A DNA stretch of 64,000 bases. Origin: Longimicrobiales bacterium (GTDB taxonomy: Bacteria > Gemmatimonadota > Gemmatimonadetes > Longimicrobiales > Gaopeijiaceae). Shown here in pieces: positions 50,900-59,720 of this stretch. The first letter of the stretch is position 1; the number at the start of each line of letters is the position of its first letter. Under the pieces are notes generated by a model. The model ran no database searches and was not told where the DNA came from. It worked only from the letters and a program-made list of their open reading frames with translations. The stretch spans positions 481,929 to 545,928 of the forward strand of contig OZ220702.1 of NCBI GenBank assembly GCA_965116645.1. Direction: 5' to 3'. Position numbers and translations under genes: made by a program.

Positions 50900-51475
50900 A
50901 TGAGCGGCGAACTGATTGCAATGCTCGGCATTGGTGTGGCGCTCGCCAGCCTCCAGCTCAGGGTGAGTAGCGTGCTTCGGGGCGAAATCGCCGCGTTGCG
51001 TACGCGTCTGAGTACAGATCTGGGCGCGCTGGAGGGCAAGCTTCGGGGCGAGATGACCGCACTGCGGGGTGACATGGGGAAGCTGCACTCGGTTACCCAG
51101 GCGGACATGCGGGCTCTGCGCGGGGAGTTGCGACAGGATGTCGGGTCGCTTCGCGCCCAGATGCGCGACGATCTGGGAGGGTTTCGCGCGGAGATGCGCG
51201 GCGATCTGGGAGGGTTTCGCGCCCAGATGCGCGACGATCTGGGAGGGTTTCGCGCGGAGATGCGCGGCGATCTGGGAGGGCTTCGCGACGATCTGGGGTC
51301 GCTTCGCGCGGAGATGCGCGACGATCTGGGAGGGTTTCGCGCGGAGATGCGCGACGATCTGGGGTCGCTTCGCGCGGAGATGCGCGATGGGTTCGCGCGC
51401 TTGGACGTGCGCATTCGATTCCTGGAGGAAAAGGCGTTCCTGGACCCCCGCCCGAAGACGGCTTCAGCAGGGTAG
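50900..51475 (+). CDS. membrane-anchored protein made of 11-residue amphipathic repeats (LGGFRAEMRDD)n
   Basis: GGGGGAAAG SD before ATG 50900. N-terminal TM helix (LIAMLGIGVALASL), then ~13 consecutive 11-mers, the central ones nearly identical. Confidence 0.6.
   Translation: MSGELIAMLGIGVALASLQLRVSSVLRGEIAALRTRLSTDLGALEGKLRGEMTALRGDMGKLHSVTQADMRALRGELRQDVGSLRAQMRDDLGGFRAEMRGDLGGFRAQMRDDLGGFRAEMRGDLGGLRDDLGSLRAEMRDDLGGFRAEMRDDLGSLRAEMRDGFARLDVRIRFLEEKAFLDPRPKTASAG
51137..51388 (+). repeat. tandem 33-bp coding repeats
   Basis: Units of the type GATCTGGGAGGGTTTCGCGCGGAGATGCGCGGC are repeated head-to-tail (starts at 51137, 51170, 51203, 51236, ...), with one shortened unit. Confidence 0.8.
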
Positions 51476-51487
51476 CACCGGCTTTTC

Positions 51488-51529
51488 CGTCAGCTGCTAC
51501 CGCCCGCAGCTTGCGTTGGGTAGCTGACG
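51488..51529 (+). terminator. hairpin downstream of the repeat-protein gene
   Basis: CGTCAGCT(G)CTACC-loop-GGTAGCTGACG gives a ~13-bp stem with one bulge, 13 nt after the stop. There is no clear U-tract. Confidence 0.3.
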
Positions 51530-51642
51530 ATTCCAGTCTCACCGGGTCGGAATCACGGAGCCGTGCCGACATCCGTCCGAGCGATGGCGGGGCGGCCTCA
51601 GGACCCCTTTGCGCCGGAGTCTCATCCGGGTAAGGCACCGAA

Positions 51643-54237
51643 ATGTTCCCTGCACGCACCTCATCGCGATCCGCTCCAAGAACAACCTGCTTCATCCTCG
51701 CAATCGCCCTTTCCTTCGCCGCCGCAACCGCTCCGTCTCGCGTCGCGGCCCAGGAGGCGCTGCCCTCCATCGCCGCCAGCACCGAGGGTGCCACCGCCAT
51801 GGAGGGGTTCTTCAACCTCTACTGGGACGACGGCGAGGGCGCTCTGTACTGGGAACTCGACCTGTCGATGGGGGAATTCCTCTACCAGATCTCGATGGGT
51901 TCGGGGCTCGGGTCCAATCCGGTGGGCATCGATCGCGGGCAGCTGCGCGGAACGCATGTCCTGGAGCCCGTGCAGGTGGGGCCGCGCGTCCTCCTGATGG
52001 AGCCCAACTACATGTTCCAGGCACGCAGTGACAATGCCACCGAGGTCCAGGCGGTGCGCGACGCCTTCGCGCCCTCCGTGTACTGGGGCTTCGATATCGT
52101 TGCCCGGACGGGGGACCGGGTGCTGGTCGATGCCACTCCCTTCTTCATCCGTGACGCGCGGAACGTGATCGGGCAGATCGCGCAGCGCGGCGAGGGGAAC
52201 TTCCAGCTCAGCGCGTCCCGTTCCGCCATCCACATGCCCGCGACCCGGTCGTTCCCGGAGAACACGGAAGTCGAAGCGCTGCTGACCTTCACCAGCAACG
52301 ATCCGGGTGGTCTCGTCCAGGGCGTCGCGGTCAATCCCCAGGCGGTGACGCTACGCCAGCACCATTCGTTCATCAAGCTGCCGGACGACGGCTACCGCCC
52401 GCGTCTCGCGGACCCCCGCATCGGAGTCAACGGCCCGACCATCTTCGACTATGCCACCCCCATCGACGAAGACCTCCGCGTCCGCCTTGCCGCCCGCCAC
52501 CGTCTGCAGAAGCGCGATCCCGGTCCGGCCCCGTCCGAGCCGGTCGAGCCGATCGTCTACTACGTCGATCCGGGGACGCCCGAGCCCATCCGGAGCGCAC
52601 TGATCGAGGGCGCCGCATGGTGGGAAGAGGCCTTCGAAGCGGCGGGATTCATCGACGCCTACCGCGTGGAGGTGCTGCCCGAGGGAGTCGATCCGCAGGA
52701 CATCCGCTACAACATGATCCACTGGACCCACCGGCGGACGCGGGGCTACTCCTACGGCAACACCGTGATCGACCCGCGCACCGGCGAGATCATCCGCGGC
52801 GTGGTCAACCTGGGGAGCCTGCGGCTGCGGCAGGACTACCTGCTGGGCAAGGGGATGGTTGCGCCGTTCGCGGGAACCGTGGGAGGCGGTGCGGAGGGCG
52901 ACGTGCCCTTCGGCGGCGGGGCTTCCGCCTTCGCGCACTCGATGTACTGTGAACTCGCCTTCGCGCCCGGGTTCGAGTACCTCGCCGAAGTCGCGCAAAG
53001 CGCGGATGCGGTCGAGATGGCGCTTGCCCGGGTCCGCCAGCTCTCCGCTCACGAAGTCGGCCATACGATCGGCTTCCCCCACAACTACCTCGCCAGCACC
53101 TACGGCCGTGAGAGCGTGATGGACTATCCGGCGCCGTACGTCGAGATCGATGAGAATGGCCAACTCGACCTTTCGAACGCGTACGTACAGAGGATCGGAG
53201 AGTACGACAAGCTCTCGGTGAACTGGCTCTACCGCGAATTCCCCACGGGCACCGACGAGACGGCCGCCCTCGAGGAGATCGTCCGGCAGGGCATGCGCGA
53301 CGGCCTCATCTTCATGGCCCACACCAACAACAACTTCATCGGCGCGGGACACCCCTACGCGAGCGTGTGGGACAACGGAGCCAACCTGGTGGACCACCTC
53401 AAGCACGAGATCCGCGTCCGAAATATCGGACTCCAGGGCTTCGGCGAGGACATGATCCGCACCGGCAGACCGCTCTCCGACCTGGAATACGTGCTCCTGC
53501 CGCTCTACATGCATCACCGCTTCCAGTTGCGTTCGGCCGCGCAGAGCCTCGGCGGGGCCGACTACCGCTATACCGTCAAGGGGGATGGTCAGACCCCGGT
53601 GGAGATCGTCCCGGATGAGGAGCAGAGGGACGCGCTCGAGACGATCCTGTCGGCGCTTACGGTGGACTTCCTGGCGCTGCCGGAGGAGGTGGCGCTCATG
53701 ATCCCGCCACCCGCCTTCCGGCATGACGAAGGCGAGGTCTTCGCGGGTCACACCGAGCTGCTCTTCGACCCGCTCGGCGCGGCCGAGGCCGCCGCGGACT
53801 TCACGGTGGGCGAGGTCCTGCATCCGCAGCGGATGGCGCGGTTGGTCGTGTACGGCAGCATGGGCGACTATCCCGGTCTGGAGGAGGTGGTGGACCGCCT
53901 GTTGGAGGCGACATGGGGCGCTGCCGAGGAGTCCGGCGAGTACCGCGCAAGGGTGCAGCACGCCATCCAGCGGGCGGTGGTGGACCGCATGATGCAGCAG
54001 GCCGGCAGCGCGGGCACCATGACGGAGGTGCGCGCGATCCTGTCGGACAGACTCAATGATCTTGCGGGCCGGCTCGAGGCCATGGTGAATCCCGCGCCGC
54101 ACCAGTGGCTGGTCGCAGCCGACATAAGGCGGTGGCAGGCCAGGATCGAAAACACCACGCCGGGGCCCTTGCTCCGACTACCCGCCGGGGATCCGATTGG
54201 CGGGCAGTCCGGCAGAGGAGGGGGACGCTGCGATTAG
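51643..54237 (+). CDS. secreted zinc metalloprotease (DUF5117/DUF4953-type)
   Basis: Signal peptide ending VAAQ. HExxH site SAHEVGHTIGFPHNY. The overall layout is typical of the large zinc-dependent metalloprotease family that carries DUF5117 N-terminal domains. Confidence 0.8.
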   Translation: MFPARTSSRSAPRTTCFILAIALSFAAATAPSRVAAQEALPSIAASTEGATAMEGFFNLYWDDGEGALYWELDLSMGEFLYQISMGSGLGSNPVGIDRGQLRGTHVLEPVQVGPRVLLMEPNYMFQARSDNATEVQAVRDAFAPSVYWGFDIVARTGDRVLVDATPFFIRDARNVIGQIAQRGEGNFQLSASRSAIHMPATRSFPENTEVEALLTFTSNDPGGLVQGVAVNPQAVTLRQHHSFIKLPDDGYRPRLADPRIGVNGPTIFDYATPIDEDLRVRLAARHRLQKRDPGPAPSEPVEPIVYYVDPGTPEPIRSALIEGAAWWEEAFEAAGFIDAYRVEVLPEGVDPQDIRYNMIHWTHRRTRGYSYGNTVIDPRTGEIIRGVVNLGSLRLRQDYLLGKGMVAPFAGTVGGGAEGDVPFGGGASAFAHSMYCELAFAPGFEYLAEVAQSADAVEMALARVRQLSAHEVGHTIGFPHNYLASTYGRESVMDYPAPYVEIDENGQLDLSNAYVQRIGEYDKLSVNWLYREFPTGTDETAALEEIVRQGMRDGLIFMAHTNNNFIGAGHPYASVWDNGANLVDHLKHEIRVRNIGLQGFGEDMIRTGRPLSDLEYVLLPLYMHHRFQLRSAAQSLGGADYRYTVKGDGQTPVEIVPDEEQRDALETILSALTVDFLALPEEVALMIPPPAFRHDEGEVFAGHTELLFDPLGAAEAAADFTVGEVLHPQRMARLVVYGSMGDYPGLEEVVDRLLEATWGAAEESGEYRARVQHAIQRAVVDRMMQQAGSAGTMTEVRAILSDRLNDLAGRLEAMVNPAPHQWLVAADIRRWQARIENTTPGPLLRLPAGDPIGGQSGRGGGRCD

Positions 54238-54378
54238 ACTGGACCAGCATCAGCACGGCAGCGGCCACCTCCATTCCCGTGCAGAAGTCGTGGTGCGGCG
54301 CCTGGAGACGGGCGAGACAGGTACGCTGTCGTCCGTGGACGTGTTCGTCGAGCACGCCAGCGGGTGGAAGATGTTGAA

Positions 54379-55149
54379 CTACGACGAACTCTGACGTGAG
54401 CGCAGCGGCTGGGCGTCCGCACTCTCCTGAAACCGGTAGCCGAATCCCCTCACGGTCTCGATCCATGTGCCTGCGGCTCCCATCTTGCTGCGCAGCCGCC
54501 GCACGTGCATATCCACCGTTCGCGTGCGTAGACGGTTGGCCATGGAGGACTCTATCTGCCACGCTTCGGTGAGCAGCTGCCAACGGGTCTGGGTGCGGCC
54601 CCGCCGTTCCATAAGTGTGCACAGGAGCCGGAACTCCGTGGGCGTGAGGTTGATTTCCTCGCCGTCGAGGGTAACGAGATGGGCAGCCACATCGACCCTG
54701 AGCGGACCCGCGCGAAGGATCCGTCCGCCACCCGCGACCGGCTTGAGTTCGCCTTGGGCTCGCCTGAGGATTGCATCGACGCGAAGCACCAGTTCCCGGG
54801 GGCTGAACGGCTTCGTCAGATAGTCGTCGGCACCGAGTTCCAACCCGGCGATCCGGTCCTGCTGCTCGCGCCTGGCAGTCAGCACCAGCACGGGCAGGGC
54901 CAGCGTTGCGGGGTCGGAGCGAACCGCCTGGAGCACCTCATCCCCGGATACCTCGGGCAGCATCCGGTCGAGGACCAGGAGATCCGGCCTTTCCCGGTGG
55001 AGCGCATCCAGCGCCGCGGTGCCGTTGGCAACGGTTTCCACCCGGTACCCCTCGCGAGTGAGCTGGTAGGCGACCAGGGCGGCGATCTCGTCCTCGTCCT
55101 CGACGACGAGGATCCGCGCGGCCCGCTTCGGCTTGTCGCTGTCCATCAC
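54379..55149 (-). CDS. OmpR/PhoB-family response regulator
   Basis: REC domain ILVVEDEDEIAALV...LLVLDRMLPEVSG. Winged-helix output domain LTPTEFRLLCTLMERRGRTQTRWQL...VDMHVRRLRSKM...IETVRGFGYRF. Confidence 0.9.
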   Translation of the reverse strand: MMDSDKPKRAARILVVEDEDEIAALVAYQLTREGYRVETVANGTAALDALHRERPDLLVLDRMLPEVSGDEVLQAVRSDPATLALPVLVLTARREQQDRIAGLELGADDYLTKPFSPRELVLRVDAILRRAQGELKPVAGGGRILRAGPLRVDVAAHLVTLDGEEINLTPTEFRLLCTLMERRGRTQTRWQLLTEAWQIESSMANRLRTRTVDMHVRRLRSKMGAAGTWIETVRGFGYRFQESADAQPLRSRQSSS

Positions 55150-56375
55150 TCTGACCCCTCCCTGGCCGCCGCAAGGCGGCGGTAATGTCCCATGAGTTCA
55201 TCAAAGATACGTGTCCAGCTTCTGGCTTCCGCGGCCTGCCTCGCATCGCGCCCCATCCTGCGTCGCAACTCCGGAGACGCCGCGAGCTTGCGCACCCGGT
55301 CCACAAACCGATCGTCATCCGCTACGAAGCCGGTCACACCGTCGTCCACCAGCTCCTGCGGCCCACCCCGGTTCGTCACGACCACGGGCAGCCCGGATGC
55401 CATGGCCTCCATGACGACCTGGCCGAAGGTGTCGTGTTTGCTCGGAAAGACGAAGAAGTCGCACCGGCGGTAGGCCGCCGCGAGCTCTTCGCCCGCCAGT
55501 TTGCCGGTGAACTCCGCGCGAACGCCAAGATCGGCCTCCAGTCCCTCGCGGTGCGGACCATCCCCGACCACCAGGAGCCGCGCCTCCGGAACGGCGTCGA
55601 GGATCTCGACGAAGCGGTCGAGGTCCTTGTCACCGCGGTGAAGTCTTCCGGAATAGAGGATCAGGGGTCCGGTGTTCGCGGCGCCAACGTCCCGATCCCC
55701 GGCATCCCCGGCTCCGGACGATTCGTCGTCGGCCGGTCGGAACAGCTCCGTATCCACGCCTCGCCCCAGAATCGAGAGCGGCGCGTCCAGCCGGGGTCCG
55801 ATGGCTTCGAGCGTTCGGCGAGTGGGCGCCAGAACGGCCTCGATCCCGTTGCGCCTGGAGTAGAACCGGCGCATGATCCACCACCCGACCGCCTCCGTCG
55901 CGGAGACCGTAGGCGCCTTCACCGCCTCCAGCGAACCGAGCACCTCGGCCGCCCGCTTGCCGGCGTACTCAGCGATGCTGGTGGTATACATCGCCACCAC
56001 CGGAATGCCCAGGCGCCGGGCTACCCACACGCCCTGCATCCCCATGGTGCCCGGCGCGATCACGTTGATGACATCGTAGCAGCGAGCCGCGGCCGCGCGC
56101 AGGATCCGTTGGTCGGGCACGATGTGGCGCAGGTCCTGCGGGATGGTTGGATCGACCCGGACCGGCACGCGGGGCCGCCAGCCGAAGAGGTGGACCGAGC
56201 CGTCCTCGTCGATCCGGTCGTCGTCGGCGTAGCTGTGCAGATCCATCTGCACGCCGCGCTGCTTGCAGTACCGGATGTTGTAGGAGAGGAAGTTGCTTAC
56301 GCCGCTGAAATGGCTGTTGCCGGAGCCGGGGCGTCCGACTTCGGAAAAGACACCGACTCGTATCGCGTCAGGCAA
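55146..56375 (-). CDS. GT4-family glycosyltransferase
   Basis: C-terminal GT-B motif CDFFVFPSKHDTFGQVVMEAMASGLPVVVTNRGGPQELV (E-x7-E type). Confidence 0.85.
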   Translation of the reverse strand: MPDAIRVGVFSEVGRPGSGNSHFSGVSNFLSYNIRYCKQRGVQMDLHSYADDDRIDEDGSVHLFGWRPRVPVRVDPTIPQDLRHIVPDQRILRAAAARCYDVINVIAPGTMGMQGVWVARRLGIPVVAMYTTSIAEYAGKRAAEVLGSLEAVKAPTVSATEAVGWWIMRRFYSRRNGIEAVLAPTRRTLEAIGPRLDAPLSILGRGVDTELFRPADDESSGAGDAGDRDVGAANTGPLILYSGRLHRGDKDLDRFVEILDAVPEARLLVVGDGPHREGLEADLGVRAEFTGKLAGEELAAAYRRCDFFVFPSKHDTFGQVVMEAMASGLPVVVTNRGGPQELVDDGVTGFVADDDRFVDRVRKLAASPELRRRMGRDARQAAEARSWTRIFDELMGHYRRLAAAREGSE

Positions 56376-56931
56376 ACCAGGCGAAGTGACCGACGGCCCA
56401 GGTGATCGTCGCCAGGCCCCATCCGGAGACTACATCGCCAGGGTAGTGGATGCCCAGATAGCACCTGGAAACTCCGATGGCCACAGCCACACCGAGGACC
56501 AGTGCGGCGACACCCGCGGAGAGCACCCCGGCGAGGGGGAGGGCGACGGCCAGCGCGGCCGTGGCATGCCCGGATGGGAACGAGAACCGGTCCGGTGCCT
56601 GAACGATCGACCGGACTCCCACCGGAAGACGGGGACGGGGACGGATGGCCAGGCGCTTGATGATCTGCACCATGCCGTGGGAAAGGGTCAGGACCACGAG
56701 CGCCTCCAACCCGGCGCTTGCCAGGCCCGGCAAGGCTCCGGAGGCCAGGACGAGCGCTACGGCAACGACTACAGGCGGCTCCGCCAGCACGGTCACGGCG
56801 CGCATCATCCGGTCCATCCAGGGACGTCTACGCGACAGGAGAGCCAGGAAGAGCCGCTGATCGACTCCGCCCAGCCGAACGTTCCAGCTAGCCACTACGG
56901 TTTCCCCCTGTATGGTCCAAACGGGTGACAA
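56368..56931 (-). CDS. PAP2-family phosphatase (membrane)
   Basis: PAP2 motifs KRLAIRPRP, SFPSGHA and SRCYLGIHYPGDV. Confidence 0.85.
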   Translation of the reverse strand: MSPVWTIQGETVVASWNVRLGGVDQRLFLALLSRRRPWMDRMMRAVTVLAEPPVVVAVALVLASGALPGLASAGLEALVVLTLSHGMVQIIKRLAIRPRPRLPVGVRSIVQAPDRFSFPSGHATAALAVALPLAGVLSAGVAALVLGVAVAIGVSRCYLGIHYPGDVVSGWGLATITWAVGHFAWFA

Positions 56932-56997
56932 TGCTAGTAATATGGCGGACCCTTGGCAACGTTGGCGCGTCGGCGACGTAACCGGCCTGCAACCGAA

Positions 56998-57789
56998 TCA
57001 CCCCTGGGCGTCGCTCTGTTGGCCGGATGCGCCATCGAAGTAGCGGAAGAGCGGTCTGCGGACCTCGCCCCGCAGAATCCGGTGGAGTTCGATGCCGACC
57101 CAGCGCGCGGATCCGCGTAGGAAACCATCGCTCCGAAAGCGCCGAGTCGAGATCACCACACGGGGCCTACGCACGAACGCGTACCTTCCCACGCGGCTGA
57201 TGCGACGGGCATAATCCTGGTCTTCCGCGACGATCACCGACTCGTCGAAGCCGCCCACGGCCTCGTGTATTTCCCGGCGGACGAGGATGAATCCGCCGAT
57301 CGAATGTGGCCACCGCAATCGGGTACTCAACCAGAAGTATCCGGCTGTGATCCAGTGCATCAGCCGCACCCGCCATCCGGCGGAGTCCGGGACGAACCAG
57401 CAACTGAGCGCGTCGATCCCTCCCGCCTCGGCAATCCCGACGGCCTGCTCCAGCGCGGCGGGCGGCACAACCACATCGGCGTCGAGGAAGAGGAGCCATC
57501 TGCCTCGGGCCTCGCGCGCGCCACTGTTTCGCCCAACCCCGGGGAGTCCGCCCCGGACCACCCGGCACTCCCGCGCGAGCGCGATTTCGGCGGTCCGGTC
57601 GGTGGAGCCGCCATCGGCAACGATCACCTGCTCGGGGGACAGCGTCTGGGCCGCGAGCGAATCCACTGCGCCCGGCAAGTGGTCTTCCTCGTTGAGCGTC
57701 GGGATCACTACACACACGGATCCCGAGTCGGCGCGGCCGGCAGACCGCATCCCGTACCGCCTACGTCGACGGCTCATCAGGCTGCCCAT
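56998..57789 (-). CDS. GT2-family glycosyltransferase
   Basis: VCVVIPTLNEEDHLPGAVDSLAAQT...VIVADGGSTDRT...LLFLDADV (DxD). The start is uncertain (ATGs at 57789, 57777 and 57750). Confidence 0.8.
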   Translation of the reverse strand: MGSLMSRRRRRYGMRSAGRADSGSVCVVIPTLNEEDHLPGAVDSLAAQTLSPEQVIVADGGSTDRTAEIALARECRVVRGGLPGVGRNSGAREARGRWLLFLDADVVVPPAALEQAVGIAEAGGIDALSCWFVPDSAGWRVRLMHWITAGYFWLSTRLRWPHSIGGFILVRREIHEAVGGFDESVIVAEDQDYARRISRVGRYAFVRRPRVVISTRRFRSDGFLRGSARWVGIELHRILRGEVRRPLFRYFDGASGQQSDAQG

Positions 57790-58115
57790 CCCAACATCTG
57801 CAGGACATCCTCGTCGTTTCGTGGTCCCGGCACGCCGACTCGTCCCGACCGGTGTCCAGATTGTAGTTGCCCAGTCCGCCCACACCCGTTCCGAGATGAC
57901 GATCAGCCAATTCGGGCAGTCTCGCAAGACCGTACCCGGTATGCTCCACAAGCCATGGGTCGGGACCGGATGAACCGGCCCGGAAAGGCGTCCACGCTCT
58001 CCCTGCAAAGGGGACGGTCGAGTGGCCTGCCGTTGACCCCGGCGGTTTTTCGGGTCAGCTTTCTCACAGCATCAACGGGAGTATATCTGCGCAGTCAGGA
58101 CCATTCGAACTTTGG

Positions 58116-58159
58116 ACGACGGGCCCCGAACCCATGACGGGGAGCCCGTCGTTTTGTTT
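58116..58159 (+). promoter_or_regulatory. terminator-like hairpin + U-tract inside the csp leader (possible attenuator/thermosensor element)
   Basis: ACGACGGGCCCCG...CGGGGAGCCCGTCGT followed by TTTGTTT, ~95 nt upstream of the csp start. No plus-strand gene lies upstream for which it could act as a terminator. Confidence 0.4.
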
Positions 58160-58254
58160 CCGCGGACGTTTGGACCGACTCCAATCCGGCCGGCCCGGGC
58201 CGCGAAGCAACCGACTGCCGGAGGGCTTCCCCACACATCAGGAGAAGAGAAAGC

Positions 58255-58476
58255 GTGCGTACACAGGGAACCGTCAAGTGGTTCAATGACCAGAAGGGAT
58301 TCGGCTTCATCTCCAGGGCCGACAACGGCAAGGACTGCTTCGTCCACTTTTCCGCCATTCAGGGTGAGGGCTTCAGGACCCTGACCGAGGGAGAGCAGGT
58401 GGAGTTCGAAGTGGTGGACGGAGCCAAGGGACCGGCGGCGGAGAACGTCGTTCGGCTCGGCGCGGCAGAGGTCTGA
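58255..58476 (+). CDS. csp: cold-shock protein (CspA family)
   Basis: [15 protein letters not shown] (RNP1) and DCFVHFSAI (RNP2). GGAGAAGAGAAAG lies upstream of the GTG start. Confidence 0.95.
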   Translation: MRTQGTVKWFNDQKGFGFISRADNGKDCFVHFSAIQGEGFRTLTEGEQVEFEVVDGAKGPAAENVVRLGAAEV

Positions 58477-58543
58477 CCCCGCGTCGAACCCGGGGTTGGC
58501 CCGCCGGCCAGGTCGGCGCGCGGTCCACCCTCGAAGTGCACTG

Positions 58544-59191
58544 TCAGTCGCCGGGGTCGGCGATCACGCTCTGGCCGCCGGTGGCCTCGGCGATCGCGGA
58601 TTCCAGTTCCGTGCGCCGCTCCGCGGCCACAAGCACCCGAAGCCGGACCTCCGACTCGAAGGCCTGTTCTTCGATCTCGGCACCGATCGTCCGCAGGATG
58701 CGTTGTACCCGCGGTGCCATCTCGTACGAGACGTGCACCAGAATGGTAGTCTGTGCGATTCTGGTCACTGCCGGGCAAACCTGCGCGGCTTTCCGGGCCC
58801 CGCCTCCGTAGGCGCGCACGAGGCCGCCGGTCCCCAGCTTGACGCCGCCGTAGTAGCGGGCGCACACGACCACCACCTCTCCCAGCCCGGAATGGAGGAG
58901 TGCGTTCAGCATCGGCCTTCCGGCCGTTCCGCGGGGCTCGCCCGCATCGCTCATACCCACGTGGGCCGTCGAACCTGGCGGTCCGGCGTTGAACGCCCAG
59001 CAATAGTGGGTGGCGCCGGAGTACGTCTCCCGCACCTCCTTCACAAGGCGCGACGCGTCGGCGCGGCTTTCCGCCCGGCCCAGTACGGTGATGAAGCGGC
59101 TCCGCCGGATCACTTCCTGCACCTGTACGGTACTGGCGGGCACGGGATACGGCTGGTCCGCGCCCCGGGTCCGGCTCAAGCCGGTTGTCAC
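58544..59191 (-). CDS. yigZ: YigZ/IMPACT-family protein
   Basis: VIRRSRFITVLGRAES...ATHYCWAFNAG...MSDAGEPRGTAGRPMLNAL...VVVVCARYYGGVKLGTGGLVRAYG is the UPF0029/IMPACT signature. Confidence 0.85.
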   Translation of the reverse strand: MTTGLSRTRGADQPYPVPASTVQVQEVIRRSRFITVLGRAESRADASRLVKEVRETYSGATHYCWAFNAGPPGSTAHVGMSDAGEPRGTAGRPMLNALLHSGLGEVVVVCARYYGGVKLGTGGLVRAYGGGARKAAQVCPAVTRIAQTTILVHVSYEMAPRVQRILRTIGAEIEEQAFESEVRLRVLVAAERRTELESAIAEATGGQSVIADPGD

Positions 59192-59292
59192 GTGTCACTC
59201 ATGGCATGGGACTGTCGCAGTGCAGGCGCGGCGCCCGCGCCGGGACTTTCCATTTCGTGCCTGTCTCCTTACTCTAATACGCTCACGTTGCT

Positions 59293-59313
59293 GATTGAGA
59301 ATCGGTCTCAATC
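59293..59313. promoter_or_regulatory. Fur-family-type operator candidate upstream of feoAB
   Basis: Perfect 8-5-8 inverted repeat GATTGAGA-ATCGG-TCTCAATC, ~100 nt upstream of the feoA start. It is AT-richer than its surroundings. Confidence 0.45.
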
Positions 59314-59414
59314 TCAACAGTGCCACTCAGGCACCCGATAGACCAAAGAAGGGCGTTCGCGTGGACGACGGTCGGCGAAGCACTGAAGATACGGGATCGA
59401 CGCGTGCCGAGCGC

Positions 59415-59720
59415 ATGCTCGCCGATGTTCCCCTCGACGAGGAAGTGGTGCTGGTCCGCATGGATGTGGCCGGGGAGGACATCGAGGCGCTCCTGGAAAG
59501 GGGCATCGTGCCGGGGTGCAAGCTCTGTCCCGTGCGGCATGCGCCCGCTGGCGGGCCGACCGTCTATCGAGTCGACGGCGACCTGATCGCCCTCCGGAAG
59601 GACACCGCCTCGTGTCTCTGCGTGCGCAACGCTCTGGCAGCCCGCGGCTCAACGCTGGAAGGCCGCGAACGACCCGGCCGGAAGGCGCCGAAGCCCGCGG
59701 GGGTTGTGGACGCCACTTGA
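59415..59720 (+). CDS. feoA: FeoA-domain ferrous iron transport protein
   Basis: LADVPLDEEVVLVRMDVAGEDIEALLERGIVPGCKLCPVRHAPAGGPTVYRVDGDLIALRKDTASCLCV is the FeoA SH3-like domain pattern. Confidence 0.8.
   Translation: MLADVPLDEEVVLVRMDVAGEDIEALLERGIVPGCKLCPVRHAPAGGPTVYRVDGDLIALRKDTASCLCVRNALAARGSTLEGRERPGRKAPKPAGVVDAT

Noticed and set aside
54197-54394. 65-aa ORF ending ...TGTLSSVDVFVEHASGWKMLNYDEL, resembling the C-terminus of SnoaL/DUF4440-like proteins.
   Set aside because: Only a short C-terminal-like piece is present, with no convincing start or N-terminal part. It overlaps the 3' end of the metalloprotease gene and the response-regulator stop. It is probably a fragment or a chance ORF.
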